Source of the DNA: a virus
DNA length: 64,000 bases
IMG/VR virus record: IMGVR_UViG_3300045988_173593
Location: 446 to 64,445 of that record
Strand: one strand, 5' to 3'
The notes under the pieces are model-generated. The model made no database searches. It had not been told where the DNA came from and saw only the letters and a program-made list of their open reading frames with translations. The position numbers were made by a program, and so were the translations under genes. Shown here one piece after another: positions 18,723 through 28,166 of the stretch; position 1 is the first letter of the stretch; every line of letters begins with the position of its first letter.

Positions 18723-19799
18723 TTATGATTCTCCAAACGCTTTTTCAGGCATGGAAAGCGGTTTCCAGTCCAGCTTTTCATGAAAACCAAACAGTTTGTA
18801 ACGAGTTTTCTGATACCCTGTCTTTTTATCAATCGGAGCCGGAAGCCCATTTTTATCGAGCCATATGGGCTCCGTCAGACGTTCAATAGAGTTTTCATAA
18901 TCTTCAAATTTATCTTTACCCCATTTATCCTTGAATCCTTCATAACTGTTCCATACGACCTGTCCCGTTACCCCTCCAGGATATTTGCCTTTCTTGTTCT
19001 CATAAGCATAAATTGGAACGAATCCACCATTTTCACCTTTCATATAAATTGACATATCCCCGACAACTTTCCGCCATGCTCTTTTCGTCTTGACAAGTTT
19101 TCCCTCGTCATTTTCCAGCACATAAACCACCGGATCACCGATCAAACGAATAGAAATATCCCAGTAACTCCATTTAACTTCGCCGTTTGTTTCACGCGTA
19201 ACTTTCCTTTCGGCTTTCAGATTATCCATTTTCCACTGATTCGCAGTTAATTTCGTGCCTCCTACTACAATGCTTTGAGCATTGATGCTTTGGCGGTATG
19301 TCATAATCCACGCCGCCTTGAAATCTTCCAGACTGTAGGCAAGGTCTATCACTGGATAGCTTACATCGCGTGATACAAGCAGCCGGCTTCCTGAACTGGA
19401 CTGAATCGGATTCCCGTCAATATCCTGTTCCGGTGTTTCCGTGATGATGTCGCTGGTAAGGCTCCATGAAGTCAATCCCATTTCCCACGGCGGAGTATCT
19501 TCCGTGATTTCATTTCCGTTGACATCTGTCAACAGATTGGAAGAGTAAGAACATGTCACAATGACTTTTGCGCCGTCTCCCTCATTGGAAATACTCCGCT
19601 CTCCGGTCGCCTTGAACTGCGGATAGCTCGGATGCGCCGCATATTTGGACGGCAGATTGCTGTCGCCTAAAACAAGATAAGGCTTGCGGATATCTTCTCC
19701 GCTGAGTTCATAAATGTATTGCCGTGTTGCGGTCTTGTTTCCGTCTTTGTCAACGGAAATATCGTTGTTGTCACTGACACCCCTGAAAGCGATTGCCAT
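18723..19799 (-). CDS. tail/baseplate protein
   Basis: 358 aa, position directly after the tape measure region. Confidence 0.45.
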   Translation of the reverse strand: MAIAFRGVSDNNDISVDKDGNKTATRQYIYELSGEDIRKPYLVLGDSNLPSKYAAHPSYPQFKATGERSISNEGDGAKVIVTCSYSSNLLTDVNGNEITEDTPPWEMGLTSWSLTSDIITETPEQDIDGNPIQSSSGSRLLVSRDVSYPVIDLAYSLEDFKAAWIMTYRQSINAQSIVVGGTKLTANQWKMDNLKAERKVTRETNGEVKWSYWDISIRLIGDPVVYVLENDEGKLVKTKRAWRKVVGDMSIYMKGENGGFVPIYAYENKKGKYPGGVTGQVVWNSYEGFKDKWGKDKFEDYENSIERLTEPIWLDKNGLPAPIDKKTGYQKTRYKLFGFHEKLDWKPLSMPEKAFGES

Positions 19800-19913
19800 A
19801 TTCTTGCCTCATATATAACGATGTTTTATAAAAAGAGGAAAAGCCATATCATGACTACGGCTCTTGTCGGCGCAACAAAAAGGGTAAAAAAAACGCCTAT
19901 CCTCTCCTAACTG

Positions 19914-19927
19914 CAATTGTCAATTTA
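19914..19927 (-). promoter_or_regulatory. motif variant GCAATTGTCAATTT with shared upstream CGCCTATCCTC-CCT-A, 115 nt upstream of the 19799 start
   Basis: Variant copy lacking CCGG. Confidence 0.45.
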
Positions 19928-20525
19928 TGAGATTGAGAAGCGGAACTTCATCAAACAATCCCGGCTGGTCGATCCGCTCAATGAGTGCAACGGCCGGCTT
20001 TCCGTTCCCGCTGGTGTAATACCCCCTGCGGAAATTGTTTTTGGGGACTCCGTTGCGATTCAGGTCGCCCGGATTACCGGACGGGAGGAAATTCTTTGCA
20101 AATTCGAGTTGGCATTTCATTCTTTCGTTTTCATGGATGGAAGCAACGAGCCGATCAACCAGCAGTTCCGGCGATACGGCATAGGCTCCATATTTTCTGA
20201 TGGACGGCAGGACTTCTGCCGTTACCCACTTCTTGAACTTTTTGGCATCCGGTTTGTTGCTTCCGAGGATTGCATTGTAAAGACCGGATTCGTTGATGAT
20301 GTTAAATTCACGCGCCATTGAATTTGCACCTGCCATTTCCGCAGACGCAATTTTCTGAATTTCATCCTCATCCAGCCGCCGCGTCATCATTGCCGTTTCG
20401 GAATACCCGAGAATCTCCGCGACGTCCTTTGCCACGAACCACGGTTCATTGTCAACGATTACGGTTCTGACTTCACGCTTTCCGAACTGGAAAGCAACCA
20501 ACTGCCGGCTGTTCTTCTCTGCCAT
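19920..20525 (-). CDS. Bro-N domain antirepressor-like protein
   Basis: VAFQFGKREVRTVIVDNEPWFVAKDVAEILGY is the Bro-N signature. True ATG at 20525 with RBS AGGAGAAATCAGA; the track's TTG start at 20645 is rejected. Confidence 0.75.
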   Translation of the reverse strand: MAEKNSRQLVAFQFGKREVRTVIVDNEPWFVAKDVAEILGYSETAMMTRRLDEDEIQKIASAEMAGANSMAREFNIINESGLYNAILGSNKPDAKKFKKWVTAEVLPSIRKYGAYAVSPELLVDRLVASIHENERMKCQLEFAKNFLPSGNPGDLNRNGVPKNNFRRGYYTSGNGKPAVALIERIDQPGLFDEVPLLNLIN

Positions 20526-20632
20526 TCTGATTTCTCCTGCCGTGATGTTTTGCTGTGGGAGGAAGATTTGCCACAGCAACGAGCAAATCTTGTCGGCGGC
20601 AAGGGGAGGGAGACCGCCTATCCTCACCTTAC

Positions 20633-20646
20633 CCCGGATTGTCAAT
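20633..20646 (-). promoter_or_regulatory. ATTGACAATCCGGG-family motif, 108 nt upstream of the Bro-N gene
   Basis: 1 of 11 copies; extended CCTATCCTCnCCTTA flank shared with copies at 19914 and 28153. Confidence 0.6.
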
Positions 20647-20700
20647 TTGCTTGAAAAACAGACGGCGGCGAGCTATAATAAATTGACAAATTGAGGAATA

Positions 20701-21150
20701 ATGAACATGAGAGAAACATTGATTGCCCTGCTGGGCGTTTTAACGGGAGTGGCAACAGAAAGTGTTGCTTACTTTATAAAAAAGAGAGGTTATGATATGC
20801 AGGAACTGATTGATTCTTTGATTGAGGAGCTTGAAAAGCTGGAAGTCATGTATACTCTGAAGCATCCGTCCGATCCGGATGATCCGGAAACGCGGATATG
20901 CCTTGCTTCGGTCAAACATAAATTCGCACGCCTGATACGCAGACGGCATTTTTTCTGGCATCGTGCGACAAACCGGAATCTGATTTTCTGTTATGAAAAC
21001 TTCCTGAATGCTGACGGCGGAACAAAACCTTTTGAATATACCCATGGAAAGTTTGTCGATATTCCGGACAGTCGCAAGACCTGCTGCATGAAAGCTGATA
21101 AACTGGCTGTGCTTATCCGTATGCTGGAAAGAATCCACCCTGTTTTCTGA
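20701..21150 (+). CDS. hypothetical protein, possibly with N-terminal signal/TM
   Basis: 149 aa. Preferred over the overlapping minus ORF 20740..21195, which is F/C-rich. Confidence 0.4.
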   Translation: MNMRETLIALLGVLTGVATESVAYFIKKRGYDMQELIDSLIEELEKLEVMYTLKHPSDPDDPETRICLASVKHKFARLIRRRHFFWHRATNRNLIFCYENFLNADGGTKPFEYTHGKFVDIPDSRKTCCMKADKLAVLIRMLERIHPVF

Positions 21151-21182
21151 AAAGGTGCAGTTTTTCGGCGTGAAAAAAAGAC

Positions 21183-21201
21183 CGGGATTTTTCATCCCGG
21201 C
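21183..21201 (-). terminator. hairpin CCGGGAT-TTTTC-ATCCCGG with minus-strand T-run
   Basis: Seen in sequence, downstream of the 21211..21579 gene. Confidence 0.45.
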
Positions 21202-21210
21202 TGCGTATCA

Positions 21211-21579
21211 TCAGGCTATCAGGGCATCCGCCGGGCATCCGAGCACAACGCGGAGTTTCTTGATCATGGCAAGGGTAAGATTGCGTTTGCCGCTTAACAC
21301 CTCATAGGCGCGGCTGAGCGTCCCGAAGCACGGCGCAATGTCTTTCATCTTCAAGCCCTTTTGTTCCATCATGAATTTGATGAAGTCTATCGGGTCTGGA
21401 TCAGGGAAATGAAACCGCTTGTCCTCGTATGCACCAAGAACAAGGCTCATCAACTCCAATTCTTCGGCATCCTCCGGCGTGAGATTGTCCAGTTCGTCGG
21501 CATGAGCTTCAAGGAAAGCATTGATTCGCGCGGTCATGGCGCGCATTTCATCATCATTTTTTATCGTGCTGATTTCCAC
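21211..21579 (-). CDS. HigA-like antitoxin-type HTH protein
   Basis: C-terminal KMKDIAPCFGTLSRAYEVLSGKRNLTLAMIKKL resembles an XRE-type HTH. N-terminal domain typical of HigA-family antitoxins, by inference. Confidence 0.5.
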   Translation of the reverse strand: MEISTIKNDDEMRAMTARINAFLEAHADELDNLTPEDAEELELMSLVLGAYEDKRFHFPDPDPIDFIKFMMEQKGLKMKDIAPCFGTLSRAYEVLSGKRNLTLAMIKKLRVVLGCPADALIA

Positions 21580-21749
21580 TTGTCCACCTCATCAAAACTT
21601 CTTTTTGCTGTATTCGGCGTGTGTGCCGATCCACAAAACATAAACTCGCCCCTGTGCATAAACTACTAATATAGTCCCAAAATGGGAAAAGTCAAATCAC
21701 TAAAATATTCAATTATTCCAGGAATTTGCGCTGTTCTCGGATTATCCGC

Positions 21750-21778
21750 TTGACTTTTTTCTTAAAGTGTGGTATAAT
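21750..21778 (+). promoter_or_regulatory. consensus sigma-70-like promoter TTGACT-17-TATAAT
   Basis: Seen in sequence. Precedes RBS AGGAGG and the ATG at 21806. Confidence 0.65.
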
Positions 21779-21805
21779 AAATACCACAAAGAATAGGAGG
21801 TAGCC

Positions 21806-22174
21806 ATGAATAATAAAAAATTTCATGAATTCCTGCGGGAAAAGAGAATGAAAAAAAGAATCACACTCCGTGAATTTTGTCGCATCGTAGGTGAAGACCC
21901 TTCCAATTACAGCAAGATTGAACGAGGTTTAAAGGTTCCTCCGAATGATGAAACATTGGAACGTTACGGAAAAGGGTTGCAGATGTCCGGTGATGCCCTG
22001 CATGAGTTTATTACTATGGGAGCATTATTCAGGAAAGAGTTGCCTGTCAGGTTGACCGATGAAGAGTTGATAGGAAAACTTCCGGCATTATTACGAATCA
22101 TAAACGGAGAAATGCCTACGGAAGAGCAACTAAGGGAGGCTGCTGCAATAACAAGGGAGGCGAATCGTTCATGA
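21806..22174 (+). CDS. XRE-family HTH regulator
   Basis: KRITLREFCRIVGEDPSNYSKIERG. Stop overlaps the next start (ATGA). Confidence 0.75.
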   Translation: MNNKKFHEFLREKRMKKRITLREFCRIVGEDPSNYSKIERGLKVPPNDETLERYGKGLQMSGDALHEFITMGALFRKELPVRLTDEELIGKLPALLRIINGEMPTEEQLREAAAITREANRS

Positions 22175-22746
22175 GTCAAAAGATATGGACACCAGGTTAT
22201 GAATATAAGGAAGTTTCCGCAAAGGCAGAGGAGTATCGTAAAAAATATCCTTCTTTGCGGGAAATACCTATTGATATTGACTCCTTTCTACAGTTTGATT
22301 TGGCGATTGATGTTGTCCCTTATGCAGGCTTAAAGGATCGGGTTCAGGCAGAAGCAATGTTATCCCTTGATTTTTCAACCATTTATGTTGATAATGATTC
22401 TTACAAGAGCGAAAAACAATGGAATAGACTGAAATTTTCATTGGCACATGAACTTGGACATTTTGCACTGCACAGAGAGTTTTTTGAAAAACAGAATATT
22501 CTATCGGAAGAAAATTGGATTAATTTTATGGAAGCGATTCAATTGAAATATGGTTTTCTGGAAAATCATGCCAATTGGTTCGCTGGTGCTCTTTTAGTCC
22601 CGGCTAAGGAACTTTTGAAATGCTTGAAATCTAAACCACTTCCATCACTTCCATCACTTTCAAGAAAATTTGAAGTTTCAAAAAAGGTAATCGAGAAACG
22701 TTTATTATCTGAGGATATTGCTCCGTTCCTTGATTTCCCCGCTTGA
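22171..22746 (+). CDS. ImmA/IrrE-family (COG2856) zinc metallopeptidase
   Basis: SLAHELGHFALH HExxH motif. Translationally coupled to the upstream XRE HTH, a classic pairing. Confidence 0.75.
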   Translation: MSQKIWTPGYEYKEVSAKAEEYRKKYPSLREIPIDIDSFLQFDLAIDVVPYAGLKDRVQAEAMLSLDFSTIYVDNDSYKSEKQWNRLKFSLAHELGHFALHREFFEKQNILSEENWINFMEAIQLKYGFLENHANWFAGALLVPAKELLKCLKSKPLPSLPSLSRKFEVSKKVIEKRLLSEDIAPFLDFPA

Positions 22747-22800
22747 CTTTTTCCACGGAACAATTATTTTTATTACCGTCAACAAAAGGGGAGAATAATT

Positions 22801-23259
22801 ATGCCTGACATCAAAGTTTTTTGCGTGACATGTGAAAAATATTACTCCGTTGATTCTTCATACGCCGGGCTGGATGTGGAATGCCCGGAATGCGGGAGGA
22901 AGCTTCATGTTCCGGGAGAACCGCCAAAGGATGAAATCCCGGAAACAATGAAGGATTTGGTGGAAGAGCAGGAGAAAAAACAGAATGCCGCAAAGAAATA
23001 TCTGTTCCTGAATCAGTTCAAGACTCCGATTCTGTCATCAATTTATGAGGGATTAGCTGTTACTAATATTATTTTTGCCGTCCTTGTTATTATAATAGGA
23101 ATTTTTCATGTAGAAGATTTTGAATCATACATTGCGGCATCCATTGGTCTTTTTTTTGCTGCAATGGTTTTTCTCGGCATTGCCCAAGTCATTACTGCCG
23201 TATGCAAAACGGCATTTTATGCACAACTGAGTTTTGAGTTGCAGGCAAACCAAAAGTGA
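22801..23259 (+). CDS. zinc-ribbon plus two-TM membrane protein
   Basis: CVTCEKYYSV...ECPECGRK; C-terminal hydrophobic helices. Confidence 0.5.
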   Translation: MPDIKVFCVTCEKYYSVDSSYAGLDVECPECGRKLHVPGEPPKDEIPETMKDLVEEQEKKQNAAKKYLFLNQFKTPILSSIYEGLAVTNIIFAVLVIIIGIFHVEDFESYIAASIGLFFAAMVFLGIAQVITAVCKTAFYAQLSFELQANQK

Positions 23260-23262
23260 TAA

Positions 23263-26169
23263 TCAAACAGCGACAAATCCCTCTTTAGGCATTTTGTCAT
23301 AAATAGCTTTCAGGGTATTGACCATGACACCGGCTTGCTGTTTCAAATATTTTGTATTTTCCTGCGTCTGTTTTGCATACTCATCTGCTGCACTCTTGTA
23401 ATATCTCCGTGATTCAGCCTGTGCCGCCTGAGCGGTTCCGTATTCAACCGCCTGAAAAGCAGTCTGTAAACCATTTGCAAAATCCATAGAGTTTTTTACA
23501 AGGTTTTTTAATTCAGAATTTATATTGTGCATCTCTCCAAAGATACTTGCTTTTTTACCTTCATCGGTTGTTGATTCAAGTTGTTTCGAAAGTTCGTTGA
23601 ATCTATTTTGAAGCATTTCTCTTTTCTTTGCAGAACTGTTCTCATACGAAAGTTGATACTGAAAAAGCTGATTTTCCGTTGATTCCATATTTTTTCTGAC
23701 ATCTCTCAATTTATCCACTTTTGAGAAATAATCTTGCGTAAGTTTAAGATATTCATCAGGATTTCTGAGTTTAAGATTTTCCACATCCGCTTTTTTTAAC
23801 GCATCTTCTGCATTTTTTACCTGCAATTCATAAGCAGATATTTGGGTTGAATAATCTTTACCTATCAAAGAACGTTCAACATAAATGTTTTTCAATCTTT
23901 CTTGATATTCTTTGATTCTGTTTTCATTTTCTTCAATCTTTTTCAGAAGCTCTATTTTCTCTTTCAGAAGTTCATTTTGTTTTTTTACATTTCCTGCGGA
24001 TTCTGCAAAACCATACGCTACATTGATAGCGCCAATTCTTCCTTTATCATGCTGTATTTGCTCTTGGACAGAAAGTCTTGAATATCTGTATTGATTGACT
24101 GTTTCATTCAAGGCTTTGATATCTGCTGCTCTTTCTTGTTGTTCAGCATCTGCTTTCTCTTTTGCGGCTTTTTTTAGTTCAGCTTCTTCCTGTTCTTTTG
24201 CGGCTTTCTCAAGTGCTTTTGCTTCTCTCTCTTTTCTCATGTTTTCTACATTTGCTTCGTATTTTCTCTGTCGCTCTAAGTCACCATATTTTAAACCGTC
24301 AAGTGTTCCCAATGTTTCAATAAGAAAATCTGTTTCAGATAAATAGTTTATACCTCTATAAAGACCATAACCTATCAAACCTACCACTCCGGCTTTCGCT
24401 GCTAATTTAAGACCGGCAAGTTTACCAATACCACTAGCCGCGGTGACACTTGTAGCGGCTTTAAGTCTACTAGTCCATTCCTTTAATTTACCAATGTGAC
24501 TTCCTATACCCTTGGTTACTTTTCCAATGCTCCCCATAACACCAATACCAATAACTCCTGCAATACCTCCTAACCCTTTATCGAGTTTTTTAGTATTTTT
24601 TATAACTTTTCCTGTTGTTTTTCCAAGGTTGGAAAAAGTTTGTTTCAACCCCTTATCACGCATATTAACGGGGATTGCTGTTCGGCTTCCTGCGATAGAT
24701 TTTTCCAACTGTCTATACCTGTTTGCCTGATGCTGGTTGAAGCGTATCTTTGCATACTGCTCATTTGTTAGGGCATTCGCCAAATCGGAAAGCGTGGCAT
24801 CTGCCACCGGAATACTTCTTCCTCTTTGAAGTGCCGCTGTCCGCTGGTTGATAAGCGCAATCTGCTGTGCAAGCGCGGCATTTTGCGCGTTCAGTGCTGT
24901 TGTGTTTGCACCGGTTGCAACTGTATCAGCCGCCGTTGCCGCCGTAGCCTTTGCCTGAATCGCAAGCTGGATTGTCTTTATGGTGTTGATTGCAGCCACG
25001 GCTCCTTTGACCGTGACATACCCCCCGGTAAGAAGCGTCAAATCCGCAATCAGCTTCTGCGTGCTTTCATCCATATTGTTGAATGAGGCGAGAAGCGGTG
25101 TAAGCGCACCGTTCAGAGTAAGGATGTTTTTTGCAGACTCTCCGACCTGAATACTGATCTTGTTGAAAGTATTCGGCAGGCTCGCAATCTGTTTATCCAG
25201 ATTCTGTGCCTGTGTCGCAAATGCTTCTGCGGATGAACCTGCCTTGTCTTCGAAGATTTCCATATTGTCGGCGAACATCTTGTATTGTCCTCCGGCAAGC
25301 GCGACTGCCGCCCTCATTCCCTCGATGGACGGCACAATTTGCGCTATGGCTTCGGTATTGGTTCCGACTTTCGAGTTGAGTTCCGCCATAACTCCGGAAA
25401 GCCCCTTCAACTTCAACGCAGCGGCATTCAGCTCGATTCCGTATTTCTGCGCGACTTTTGTCGCTTCGTCTGTCGGCTTGATGAAAGCGGTAATCAGTGC
25501 GGAAAGCGAAGTGATAGCCCGTTCCGTCGGCATTGTCGTGGTAAGGGTTGCCGCCGCTGCGCCGAGTTCATCAAGTGACACTCCGGCATTTGCCGCCACT
25601 CCGGCAACAGAACCGATGGTATTTGCAAAAGAGCTTCCCGTTGTTTTTCCCTGTTTGACGACTTGAAAAAACATATCGGAAATTTCCGTCACATCGTTTG
25701 CGGTTTTTCCGTATGCGTTCATAATGGACGTGACGGCGTCCATGGTCGGAATCTGGTCTGCGACAATCGCCTGAGAGAGTTTTCCGACTTCTCCGGTAAA
25801 CTTCACCAGTTCTTTTTCCGTCCCTCGGACGCCGGACGAATACGCAAAGTAAAGCGCACCGGCATTGTCTGCCGCGGAACCAAGACGGGAATCCAGTGAA
25901 AGCAGTTCACTTCTTACCTTGCTTAAATCAAGTTCTGAGGCAATGGATTTGATATTGTAAAGCTCGCGGTTGAATGCCATGGAAGCGGCGGCAGCCCGCT
26001 TCATATAAGCAATGACGGACGCCGAACCGAACGCCAGCCCCAGGTTTTTCATAACCTCTCCGGCAAGCGTGCTCGACTGATTCAATTTCTGATTGAACGC
26101 ATTCAGACTGCTTTCTGCATTTCTGCTTTTGCATTCGATCGCTAACGTTACAATATCTGCTTCAGCCAT
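23263..26169 (-). CDS. tail tape measure protein
   Basis: 968 aa, alpha-helical and Ala/Gln/Lys-rich, with a G-rich TM-like segment GGIAGVIGIGVMGSIG. Located after the chaperone pair. Confidence 0.85.
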   Translation of the reverse strand: MAEADIVTLAIECKSRNAESSLNAFNQKLNQSSTLAGEVMKNLGLAFGSASVIAYMKRAAAASMAFNRELYNIKSIASELDLSKVRSELLSLDSRLGSAADNAGALYFAYSSGVRGTEKELVKFTGEVGKLSQAIVADQIPTMDAVTSIMNAYGKTANDVTEISDMFFQVVKQGKTTGSSFANTIGSVAGVAANAGVSLDELGAAAATLTTTMPTERAITSLSALITAFIKPTDEATKVAQKYGIELNAAALKLKGLSGVMAELNSKVGTNTEAIAQIVPSIEGMRAAVALAGGQYKMFADNMEIFEDKAGSSAEAFATQAQNLDKQIASLPNTFNKISIQVGESAKNILTLNGALTPLLASFNNMDESTQKLIADLTLLTGGYVTVKGAVAAINTIKTIQLAIQAKATAATAADTVATGANTTALNAQNAALAQQIALINQRTAALQRGRSIPVADATLSDLANALTNEQYAKIRFNQHQANRYRQLEKSIAGSRTAIPVNMRDKGLKQTFSNLGKTTGKVIKNTKKLDKGLGGIAGVIGIGVMGSIGKVTKGIGSHIGKLKEWTSRLKAATSVTAASGIGKLAGLKLAAKAGVVGLIGYGLYRGINYLSETDFLIETLGTLDGLKYGDLERQRKYEANVENMRKEREAKALEKAAKEQEEAELKKAAKEKADAEQQERAADIKALNETVNQYRYSRLSVQEQIQHDKGRIGAINVAYGFAESAGNVKKQNELLKEKIELLKKIEENENRIKEYQERLKNIYVERSLIGKDYSTQISAYELQVKNAEDALKKADVENLKLRNPDEYLKLTQDYFSKVDKLRDVRKNMESTENQLFQYQLSYENSSAKKREMLQNRFNELSKQLESTTDEGKKASIFGEMHNINSELKNLVKNSMDFANGLQTAFQAVEYGTAQAAQAESRRYYKSAADEYAKQTQENTKYLKQQAGVMVNTLKAIYDKMPKEGFVAV

Positions 26170-26171
26170 TT

Positions 26172-26929
26172 TTATCTGTTCCGTCCTTCGTATATTCTCA
26201 TTGCCTCGCGCCGCTTCCGTTCCTCAAGCGGAAGTTTTTCTTCTTCTGCCTTCTGCTGTTCCAGAATTTCCCTGAAAACGGGAAGTTCCGCCCGGTCTAA
26301 CGGCTCTTTTCTCTGATATTTCTTTTTATGATCGCAGGTCAGGTCAAACAGAATTTCCTGAATCCCGTGAAGATAGAGCATCAGCTTATGCTGATATTCG
26401 AATTCAGATTTCAGTTTTTCCTGTTCGATCTTCTCTTTTTCAAGTTCAAAATATGCTTCCGCCTCCCACAGCCAGATGGCGTCTTTCAGTGAAAGAGGCA
26501 GAAGCGGGGAAAAGTCTTTGTATTTTGCGCAAAGATAAATCAGCCTTGCGTAACTGTCGCCGATGCAGAATCTGCCGGAAGAGATTTTTTTTTAGCCTCC
26601 TCGGTTTCTTCTTCAATGGCTTTTTTATACCTGTTGGTCAACTCGTAAACGGCATTGGCGATTTTGACCGCCGCCTCACGTGCGTTTTCAATCAGATAAG
26701 GCGCAACAAACACATCCATATCCGCGCCGTAAATCAGCGCGGTCTGGACAAGCTGTTCATGATTTGCCGTTGCCGGAAGCCCGTCAAGGGCAAGCTGTCC
26801 CCTTCCTCCGAGCGCATGAACAGTGACAAGCTGCTTTTCTCCTGCAATCTCAACTTCCACATCCTCATGCGGCAGCTCAAGCACCTTTAGTTTTGACAGG
26901 TCAAGCCGTTTTGCTTTGTTCTCTTCCAT
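26172..26929 (-). CDS. tail assembly chaperone -1 frameshift product (GT-like)
   Basis: Slippery GCU AAA AAA AAA UCU at 26584-26592 (minus strand). The -1 frame has TAA just upstream and is open from the slip site to 26172. Confidence 0.6.
26540..26929 (-). CDS. tail assembly chaperone (G-like), 0 frame
   Basis: 129 aa acidic ORF between the major tail protein and the tape measure protein. Ends 15 codons after an A9 slippery run. Confidence 0.65.
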   Translation of the reverse strand: MEENKAKRLDLSKLKVLELPHEDVEVEIAGEKQLVTVHALGGRGQLALDGLPATANHEQLVQTALIYGADMDVFVAPYLIENAREAAVKIANAVYELTNRYKKAIEEETEEAKKKSLPADSASATVTQG

Positions 26930-26959
26930 TATGGTTCATCCCTTCCTTAATTGTGAAAC

Positions 26960-27370
26960 TCAACCCTCTGAAACCGGACCGTTGATTGTAAACGTCACTG
27001 TAAAGCCCGGCTGTCCTTCGGCAACATCCCCGGACGGCGAACCGACGTTCTTCACCTGTGCATTGTAGGATTTCGTCCACGTTGCTCCGGTGACTTTCGA
27101 CTCAAACTTCAGGACTTTTGAAGTTCCTGCCTCTTTGTCTGTAATGAGGGAGTCACGAACCGTGTTGTCAAAGAATACGTCGATGTCATAATCGGCATAT
27201 TTCTGGTTTGGCGTGTTTTTCGTAAAACTCCGCTCATTGGTTTCCACTTCGTAAGAAGTGTTTTCCGTTGTCGCCGGAAGCCCGGAAAATGTTCCGAGAA
27301 ACTCAATCGCGTTTTCTCCCCAACTTACGACAATGTCTTTGCTGCTGAGCAGCGGTGCTGTTCCTGCCAT
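26960..27370 (-). CDS. major tail protein candidate
   Basis: 136 aa, position immediately upstream of the chaperone pair. Confidence 0.5.
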   Translation of the reverse strand: MAGTAPLLSSKDIVVSWGENAIEFLGTFSGLPATTENTSYEVETNERSFTKNTPNQKYADYDIDVFFDNTVRDSLITDKEAGTSKVLKFESKVTGATWTKSYNAQVKNVGSPSGDVAEGQPGFTVTFTINGPVSEG

Positions 27371-27405
27371 TTTTTAATCTCCTTATATTTGGTTTGGCGT
27401 GTTTT

Positions 27406-28047
27406 TTATTCTTCAATATAAAGTGGCAAAAGGTATTGAATAAATTCAGGAATTCTTACCTGAATATTTCGTCTGTCACTGCGGAAACAGGAACGCATGA
27501 AATGAGTTCTCGGAAGTCCGTTTCTTTCTGATATTTCCCCGTATTTCGTTTTCGGCAATGCATCCTGTGCAATTACCTTCACGAGTCGCTCAAGAGCTTT
27601 CATTTCGGCTTCTGCGGAAATCCTGCGTTCCATTTCTTCGGTTAATGTCTGATAGAGTGCCTGCAACTGTTCATCAGTCGCGTTTGGATTAACTGCTGCG
27701 CCTTTGTGGAAGTAATCAAAAAGAGCCTTGTAGCATTCTTTCTGATACATTATGATAGCCTCGCGTTTCTTTCCTGTGTATCTGCTTGCCGGAATTTTGA
27801 AAAGCCACCCGTTCAAGTAATCGAGAGGCAGACAAACCATTTCTCTTTTTTTCCCGTCTTCCGCAACTATCCCCGTAACGGTGACAGTTGAACTTAAAAC
27901 AGGATCACGGTGAATCAGCGCATGCTGTTTCTTCCAATCCAGCCCCATAGCTTCAACAATGGGTTTCATTGCCACATACTGCTTACCGTCCTTTTCAATG
28001 ACGGCAATCTCGTTTCCATGAAAGTTAACTTTTTGTAATTTGCTCAT
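27406..28047 (-). CDS. antirepressor-like protein (N-terminal DNA-binding domain of the P22 AR/KilA-N type)
   Basis: VNFHGNEIAVIEKDGKQYVAMKPIVEAMGLDWKKQ resembles antirepressor N-terminal domains; the call is tentative. Confidence 0.4.
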   Translation of the reverse strand: MSKLQKVNFHGNEIAVIEKDGKQYVAMKPIVEAMGLDWKKQHALIHRDPVLSSTVTVTGIVAEDGKKREMVCLPLDYLNGWLFKIPASRYTGKKREAIIMYQKECYKALFDYFHKGAAVNPNATDEQLQALYQTLTEEMERRISAEAEMKALERLVKVIAQDALPKTKYGEISERNGLPRTHFMRSCFRSDRRNIQVRIPEFIQYLLPLYIEE

Positions 28048-28152
28048 ACCATTTTCTCTTTTCTCTGAGTTTTGTTAACTGAAGGAGGAAAGCGGCGCTC
28101 AGTCCTACACCGCCTTGTCAGACTGCCTTTCAGCAGACCTATCCTCCCTTAA

Positions 28153-28166
28153 CCCGGATTGTCAAT
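28153..28166 (-). promoter_or_regulatory. ATTGACAATCCGGG-family motif, 106 nt upstream of the 28047 start
   Basis: 1 of 11 copies. Confidence 0.6.

Noticed and set aside
19920-20645. TTG start at 20645 for the Bro-N gene, as given in the ORF track
   Set aside because: That start falls inside the conserved motif. The internal ATG at 20525 has a good RBS and begins right at the Bro-N domain
20740-21195. Minus-strand ORF overlapping 20701..21150
   Set aside because: Odd F/C/H-rich composition and no RBS. The plus-strand ORF was preferred, at low confidence
23263-26169. Numerous antisense and alternative-frame ORFs inside the tape measure gene and the tail genes (e.g. 23912.., 24095.., 25160.., 14069.., 14556..)
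   Set aside because: They sit within long, well-supported genes and have low-complexity composition typical of antisense frames
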